This document shows positions 58,544 to 64,000 of a stretch of DNA of 64,000 bases, piece after piece. Each line of letters opens with the position of its first letter. Within the stretch, counting starts at the first letter, position 1. The translations under genes were made by a program, and so were the position numbers. The DNA lies in NCBI GenBank assembly GCA_029572935.1, contig JAKQHM010000010.1, positions 10,218 through 74,217 on the forward strand. The letters run 5' to 3'. This stretch comes from Bacteroidota bacterium (GTDB lineage Bacteria > Bacteroidota > Bacteroidia > Chitinophagales > Saprospiraceae). A model generated the notes under the pieces. The model had not been told where the DNA came from and ran no database searches. It was given only the letters and a program-made list of their open reading frames with translations.

Positions 58544-59251
58544 TTGCAATTATTCATCGGCAACTGGGCCCCTGATGGCAGATTCATCCTGTCAGAAGAA
58601 GAAAGCCACCATTGTATCCGCGTCACCAGACACCGCACTGGAGACAGACTGCTGATCTCCGATCTGAAAGGCGAGATCCACCTGGGCCGGATAATGGATG
58701 AAAATCCCAAACAAACTTCCTGCCTTAAAGAGGAGGTCTGGAAAACAGAGCAGATCACACAAGGCAGGATTACGATTGGCATTAGTCCCACACAGCAATC
58801 AGACCGCTTCGAATGGTTCCTGGAAAAATCCGTAGAAGCCGGTGTCCATCGGATTCAGCCCCTGATCTGTCACAGAACAGAAAACCAGAAGGACAAATCC
58901 GACCGGTGGGGACGCATTATCCGTTCTGCGGTGAAACAGACCCTCCGGGCTTACGAACCCCAATTGCTGCCTGCAGTCAAACTCCGTGAATGGCTTAAAA
59001 CAAAGGAGGATGGACAGCGTTTTATCTGTCACTGCGGACCCGGGCACAAGGGGTTTCTGGGCAGTCTGTACCAAAAGGGAAGCGATGTGACCGTCCTGAT
59101 CGGCCCTGAAGGGGACTTTTCGGAAGAAGAAGTCGCTCAATGCCTTTCCTCTGGTTACACCGCTGCCGACCTGGGTTCCCTCAGACTCCGGACCGAAACC
59201 GCCGGCCTGGCTGCTTGTTTTATCCTGCAAACCGTAAACAATTGCAAATGA
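58544..59251 (+). CDS. rsmE: 16S rRNA (uracil1498-N3)-methyltransferase
   Basis: 235 aa from a TTG start (M-QLFIGNW). LIGPEGDFSEEEV and LRLRTETAG motifs are present. Confidence 0.85.
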   Translation: MQLFIGNWAPDGRFILSEEESHHCIRVTRHRTGDRLLISDLKGEIHLGRIMDENPKQTSCLKEEVWKTEQITQGRITIGISPTQQSDRFEWFLEKSVEAGVHRIQPLICHRTENQKDKSDRWGRIIRSAVKQTLRAYEPQLLPAVKLREWLKTKEDGQRFICHCGPGHKGFLGSLYQKGSDVTVLIGPEGDFSEEEVAQCLSSGYTAADLGSLRLRTETAGLAACFILQTVNNCK

Positions 59252-59907
59252 ACCGATTCCTTTTCCTGACCCTGGCGCTCATCCTCAGTTCCTTTCATCC
59301 CGGTCTACAGGCTCCGTCCCTCAAACTGGCCTTGCTGAAATACGGCGGTGGGGGCGACTGGTACGCCAATCCCACAGCCCTGATCAACCTGTCCAGGTTT
59401 TGCAACAAAGAACTTCGGACTGACCTGGATCCCAATTTTGCTACGGTAGAGGTGGGTAGTGCAGAGATCTTTAACTATCCTTTTATCCACATGACCGGAC
59501 ATGGCAACGTGGTTTTTTCGGACCTGGATGCCCAAAACCTTCGCAATTATCTTCTTTCCGGTGGATTTTTACACATTGACGACAACTATGGCATGGATCC
59601 CTTTGTCCGACCTGCGATGAAAAAGGTATTTCCGGAATTGGAATTTGTCGAGTTGCCCTTCTCTCATCCGGTTTACAAACAGAAATTCGAATTTAAGAAT
59701 GGCCTGCCCAAAATTCACAAACACGACAACAAACCCCCTCAGGGCTTTGGCCTGATCTGGCAGGGCAGGTTGATTTGCTTTTACTCCTACGAATGCGACC
59801 TCAGCGATGGCTGGGAAGACAGGGAAGTCCATAAAGATCCTGAAGAAATACGCAATCAGGCTCTCCGGATGGGCGCCAATCTGGTGCAATATGCTTTCAC
59901 CAAATAA
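59248..59907 (+). CDS. DUF4159 domain-containing protein
   Basis: Start at the internal ATG 59248 (ATGA overlap with the rsmE stop). It has a signal peptide, then LALLKYGGGGDWYANPTALINL...FIHMTGHGN...LLSGGFLHIDDNYG. Confidence 0.7.
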   Translation: MNRFLFLTLALILSSFHPGLQAPSLKLALLKYGGGGDWYANPTALINLSRFCNKELRTDLDPNFATVEVGSAEIFNYPFIHMTGHGNVVFSDLDAQNLRNYLLSGGFLHIDDNYGMDPFVRPAMKKVFPELEFVELPFSHPVYKQKFEFKNGLPKIHKHDNKPPQGFGLIWQGRLICFYSYECDLSDGWEDREVHKDPEEIRNQALRMGANLVQYAFTK

Positions 59908-60064
59908 TCATTACTGGAAATTTTGTTCTGCGATGTGATCCCAACAGTCTTTCCACTCCAGATCAAAAGGGCATAAAGATTCAAAACAAGCAGACATTTT
60001 CTGAAAAATAAAGGCTCAATCCTTACCGACCTGGTTCAGGCCATCCGCCATCAGGAAAAACCGG

Positions 60065-60574
60065 TCAAAGGAACAGCAACGAGGCTTGCGTATGACTTTT
60101 GATGTTGATGTTTTGAGAGCTGATCAGTACCCATTTCCCTTCGGTCATTTCATAAAGCTGCACCAGATATATGCCGGGATAGGCATATTTCATATGGATC
60201 CTCGGCTGAATCAGTCTCTGTCGGATCCCGTTGCCAAAATCGATCAGGTATTTATGGTCCGAATCAAAGGAGATGTAATAGAAACTAAGCGATTCGTTGG
60301 GTCTGAAACTGCCCTGCACCTGGAAGACTTCTGCCGAAAGGGATTCCCTTTGCAGGGGGGACTGAACGGATTGCTCGCTGCCAAAAATATTGGAGGACTG
60401 AGCGGACTCCGAAGCTGAGTCAAAGCCAACGGACTCCCGTATCGATCCACCCAGGATCAGATAGCTTCCAATGATGCCGATCAAGGTGATCACGGTGGCC
60501 AAAAATAAATCCTTGGTTCGTTCTGAAAAGCCCTTCCAGGGAAATGAAAGCCACAATCCTATATTTCTGTCCAT
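60065..60574 (-). CDS. Hypothetical membrane-anchored protein
   Basis: Start at the internal ATG 60574 (MDRNIGLW). There is one TM (LFLATVITLIGIIGSYLILGG) and the rest is a beta-rich domain. A TACGTTTG box on the minus strand lies at 60606-60599. Confidence 0.4.
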   Translation of the reverse strand: MDRNIGLWLSFPWKGFSERTKDLFLATVITLIGIIGSYLILGGSIRESVGFDSASESAQSSNIFGSEQSVQSPLQRESLSAEVFQVQGSFRPNESLSFYYISFDSDHKYLIDFGNGIRQRLIQPRIHMKYAYPGIYLVQLYEMTEGKWVLISSQNINIKSHTQASLLFL

Positions 60575-60831
60575 ATGATATCTGTCCGGTTTGGGATTGC
60601 AAACGTATGGCAATATTAAACAATATTACAATATAATAATCTATATTTTAATTATATATACATTATTTTTTAATGTAATACTTTAAATGGTTTTCCAATC
60701 GGTCCCTTGTTGGGTTTGCCTTGTGGACGGACTCTGTCCCCCGGCTTAATCCAGATTTCTTTTGCCGCGGTTCCTGCCGGAAATACCCAGCTTTCCCTCT
60801 GTCGGGTTGGGATATCTTGGTTTATTGTTGT

Positions 60832-60839
60832 TACCTTTG
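60832..60839 (+). promoter_or_regulatory. -7 promoter box (TACCTTTG) upstream of the dedA-family gene
   Basis: It lies 20 nt before the ATG at 60860. Confidence 0.45.
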
Positions 60840-60859
60840 CGCCTTCTTTAGACAGGGTA

Positions 60860-61510
60860 ATGGAGATATTGAGATATTTGTTGGATTTCTTATTGCATGT
60901 AGACACTCATCTCGTCGAGCTGACGACTAATTATGGCATCTATATTTACCTTATCCTTTTTCTGATCCTTTTTTCTGAAACGGGTCTGGTGGTAGCCGCC
61001 ATTCTTCCGGGTGACAGCCTGCTTTTTGCGGCGGGTGCCCTTTCCTCCAGCGGCAATCTGAACCTTTTCATCGTCATGGCCTGCTGCATTGTTGGAGCCA
61101 TATTGGGCAATACCGTCAACTTCTACATTGGAAGATGGGCCGGACACCGGATCTTTGAGGAAGACAGCCGGTATTTCAAGAAGGAATATCTGGTCCGAAC
61201 GCAGAAATTTTACGACAAGCACGGGGGAAAAGCCCTGGTCATCGGACGTTTTCTGCCTCTGATCCGCACCTTTGTACCCCTGGTGGCCGGGATCGGCAGT
61301 ATGCACGCAGGAAGGTTCAGCTATTACAATATTTTGGGTGCCCTTCTATGGATCATTCCCCTGTGCACGATCGGATATCTCTTTGGAAATATACCTTTTG
61401 TGAGGAATAATTTTTCCATCGTGATCCTCTGCATTATTGTGCTCAGCGCCATGCCACTCTTCATCGGCATCCTCAACCGCAAGGCTCTGTTCAAAAAATC
61501 AAAATTCTGA
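60860..61510 (+). CDS. DedA family membrane protein
   Basis: Start at the internal ATG 60860 (MEILRYLLDFLLHVDTHL). The motifs LFSETGLVVAAILPGDSLLFAAG and GRFLPLIRTFVPLVAG are present. Confidence 0.85.
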   Translation: MEILRYLLDFLLHVDTHLVELTTNYGIYIYLILFLILFSETGLVVAAILPGDSLLFAAGALSSSGNLNLFIVMACCIVGAILGNTVNFYIGRWAGHRIFEEDSRYFKKEYLVRTQKFYDKHGGKALVIGRFLPLIRTFVPLVAGIGSMHAGRFSYYNILGALLWIIPLCTIGYLFGNIPFVRNNFSIVILCIIVLSAMPLFIGILNRKALFKKSKF

Positions 61511-61544
61511 TTAATTTGCCGGCTTTAACAACACGGAAAAGCCA

Positions 61545-62927
61545 GTGAAAGATTTCATAAAATCCAACTTAAAGTTTGTCATAGGAGCTATTGCTCTTCT
61601 GATCGCAATACTCTGCATCGAATCTCTTCTGAGTCTGGGCTGGTCTCCGGTCTTTTTAGCGGCTCTCCGATGGCTTGGTATAGCCGGATTTATTCTACTG
61701 GGGATGGTGCATGCCAAGCTGACCAGCTGGATCTTCATCAGCATGCTCATTGGGGCAGAAATCGGTTTTGACTTTCCTGCAGTGGGAAATGAACTCAACG
61801 TACTGAGCAAGATATTCATCAAGCTCATCAAATCGGTGATCGCCCCCTTGCTCTTCGGAACCTTGATTGTTGGCATCGCCGGTCACTCTAATATGCGGCA
61901 GGTGGGACGACTGGGCTGGAAATCTCTGTTGTACTTTGAGGTGGTCACCACTATTGCGCTGGTGGTGGGACTGGTAGCCATCAACCTGAGCAAGGCAGGC
62001 ATGGGCATTGTCAATACAGGTATCAAAGAGGAGCTCCCTGCTGTAGTCAAACAACAAGGCTGGAAAGATCTGGTCCTCCATATTTTTCCTGAAAATTTCA
62101 TCAAGTCCATCGCAGAAGGACAGGTATTGCAGATCGTGGTATTCTGTCTTTTGTTTGCCATTGCCATGTTGATGGTGGAGCGCGAATCGCGCAAACCCTT
62201 TCTGCATTTTGCCGAAGCACTTTCGTCCGTGATGTTCAAATTTACCGAGATCATCATGTACTTTGCCCCGTTTGCCGTGGGCGGTGCGATTGCCTATACG
62301 ATCTCCAATCTGGGCATCGACGTAATGAAAAATCTCTTCATGCTGCTGATGACCCTGTATCTGGCTCTGATCGCCTTTGTGCTGCTGGTCTTCCTGCCCA
62401 TCTTATTGTTTCTGAAAATTCCCTTGCGCAGGTTTCTCCGGTATGTGACCGAGCCGGTCAGCATCGCCTTTGGCACGGCCAGCAGCGAAGCCGCACTGCC
62501 CGCAGCCATGGAAAACATGGAGAAATTTGGCGTGAAGCGCGAAGTGGTCGCCTTTGTTCTGCCCACCGGTTTGAGCTTCAACCTCGATGGTACCACACTG
62601 TATCTTTCCCTTGCGGCCATTTTTGTGGCGCAAGCCGCCGGTATTGAACTGACCATCGGCCAGCAGGTCATCATGCTCCTCACGCTTATGCTCACCAGCA
62701 AAGGAGTGGCAGGTGTAGCCCGCGCCTCATTGGTCATCCTCGCGGCTACAGCCAGTTCCTTCGGACTTCCCGAGTGGCCCATAGCCGCGATACTAGGCAT
62801 TGATGCGCTGATGGATATGGCGCGCACCGCAGTCAATACCCTGGGCAACTGCCTCGCCGCCGTGGTGATCGGCAAATGGGAAAATCAGCTAGAGATACCG
62901 GCGGAGGAGGAAGGATTGCATTTGTAG
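61545..62927 (+). CDS. Dicarboxylate/amino acid:cation symporter (DAACS/GltP family)
   Basis: 460 aa from a GTG start. The motifs AFGTASSEAALP, SFNLDGTTLY and DMARTAVNTLGN are present. Confidence 0.9.
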   Translation: MKDFIKSNLKFVIGAIALLIAILCIESLLSLGWSPVFLAALRWLGIAGFILLGMVHAKLTSWIFISMLIGAEIGFDFPAVGNELNVLSKIFIKLIKSVIAPLLFGTLIVGIAGHSNMRQVGRLGWKSLLYFEVVTTIALVVGLVAINLSKAGMGIVNTGIKEELPAVVKQQGWKDLVLHIFPENFIKSIAEGQVLQIVVFCLLFAIAMLMVERESRKPFLHFAEALSSVMFKFTEIIMYFAPFAVGGAIAYTISNLGIDVMKNLFMLLMTLYLALIAFVLLVFLPILLFLKIPLRRFLRYVTEPVSIAFGTASSEAALPAAMENMEKFGVKREVVAFVLPTGLSFNLDGTTLYLSLAAIFVAQAAGIELTIGQQVIMLLTLMLTSKGVAGVARASLVILAATASSFGLPEWPIAAILGIDALMDMARTAVNTLGNCLAAVVIGKWENQLEIPAEEEGLHL

Positions 62928-63119
62928 GATAAGGCCAATATTTTGCATTTCGACTTCGGACCAGCAGTGCATGCAATGATTGAGAAAATTGTAAAGTTTT
63001 CTTCCAGAGCCAGATTATTGACTATACTTCACAATATCAGAGTATCATGCAAATTGAAATTCATAGAATGATCATTCCATATTCAATGATCCCAGTTTCA
63101 AAAGTAATTAATAAAAAGA

Positions 63120-63983
63120 TCAGTGGACTTTGATCCAAAAAGATCCCCCATGTTGTTCCACATTCTGCAGATATTTTTCAGACCAAAGAGGCTTCATCAG
63201 GTTTGACAATTCCTGATTTTGACTGATATAAAAATTAGGCAAAATCACCTCATATCTGTCAGGATTGTTTATCAGGAATGCGTTGAGAAAATACTGCTCA
63301 TTGTAGAATCGATCGCACATGAACTGGGGATAGTCATAAGGGAGATAAATATCATGGAAATGTACATAAACTCCCTTTTTTAGTAAAGGAAGAATTTCCA
63401 TGAATACCACCATGGCGTCAGAATTGGGAAATACAATATGGGAATTATCGACAAAAAGAAAGTCATTTTCATCCAATCGGTCAATGATAAAAGAAACATC
63501 CTCCAGATCCTCCAACTTACTTCTATGGATAGCATCGGAGAGTTCCAGAATATCCACTCTTGGGCAAGGATCAATGGAGATCAATTCCGTACTTAGTTCT
63601 CCATCCGAAATTGCTTTGCGAAAAACCCGTGTAGAGTTGCCTGACCCGATTTCAATGATTTTCTTTGGCTTTATTGTTCTGGTCAATGAATAGATTGAAA
63701 CTATGTCCAATCCTGGCAAATAACCATTATTCCAGGTTGGTTCATTTTTTCTGACATCTTTATCAGAGGAATATTTAAAATTTAGAAATACATCCTTAAA
63801 AGATAAGATCTGTTCTAATGTGCTTCTGTAGGATTCAGTATTTTTTTTGATAACCGCGTTAATACTATACTTATTATTCAGTCTGTCAAAATCCCGCGGC
63901 TTGGGAGCCACTTTATAATCCAAAATAATTTTTTGATATTTTCTACTAAATAGTTTGAATAATATCTTTATTTTTTTTTTCAA
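63120..63983 (-). CDS. Class I SAM-dependent methyltransferase (glycan/small-molecule type); 5' end uncertain
   Basis: The SAM motif I is IIEIGSGNSTRVF, with an acidic ISIDP and FLFVDNSH. The track start is TTG at 63983, but the frame remains open to the window edge at 64000, so the true start may lie outside. The gene is very AT-rich relative to its neighbours. Confidence 0.6.
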   Translation of the reverse strand: MKKKIKILFKLFSRKYQKIILDYKVAPKPRDFDRLNNKYSINAVIKKNTESYRSTLEQILSFKDVFLNFKYSSDKDVRKNEPTWNNGYLPGLDIVSIYSLTRTIKPKKIIEIGSGNSTRVFRKAISDGELSTELISIDPCPRVDILELSDAIHRSKLEDLEDVSFIIDRLDENDFLFVDNSHIVFPNSDAMVVFMEILPLLKKGVYVHFHDIYLPYDYPQFMCDRFYNEQYFLNAFLINNPDRYEVILPNFYISQNQELSNLMKPLWSEKYLQNVEQHGGSFWIKVH

Positions 63984-64000
63984 CTTTAAAATTTTTAGGA

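Noticed and set aside
60670-60906. A 78-aa minus-strand ORF in the hypothetical/dedA intergenic region
   Set aside because: Its only start codon lies inside the dedA-family coding region, and it has no recognisable motif or promoter. It is kept only as part of the low-interest note on that intergenic region.

Overview
This looks like a chromosomal window from a Bacteroidota genome, possibly a Saprospiria/Chitinophagia-like lineage. That placement is inferred from T9SS C-terminal sorting domains, TAnnTTTG promoter boxes just upstream of start codons, and OmpH-OmpH-MurI and MiaB-EBP-LptE-SecG synteny. I call about 51 protein-coding genes, one partial at the left edge, plus one tRNA-Phe. Most are housekeeping genes: groES/groEL, carB, guaB, tadA, scpB, murI, folC, ubiX, pdxA, folB, parE, greA, secG, miaB, recO, rseP and rsmE. 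I found no CRISPR array, transposase, integrase, phage genes, rRNA or recognisable defence system. The window is rich in cell-surface and T9SS biology. It holds four probable T9SS cargo proteins: an IgGFc-like partial protein, a 1151-aa FN3-array protein, an M4 protease and a 1368-aa orphan protein. The best candidate for an undescribed system is a tightly packed minus-strand operon at 39204-48098. It encodes an oversized TonB-dependent-type barrel, the 1368-aa orphan protein with a T9SS-like C-terminus, and its own PorV/PorQ-like barrel. Secondary candidates are listed here. (1) A membrane-anchored MtfA/M90-like protein lacking the canonical HExxH, translationally coupled to a CoxE-type VWA protein with no MoxR ATPase nearby. 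(2) A MacB/FtsX-type ABC permease with a 15-nt tandem repeat encoding a His-rich periplasmic loop. (3) An orphan intrinsic terminator in an 840-nt gene-free region. (4) A perfect palindrome forming back-to-back -7 promoter boxes. (5) An AT-rich block at the right edge whose methyltransferase gene carries an A10 tract. All functional calls come from motif recognition by eye; no database search was possible.
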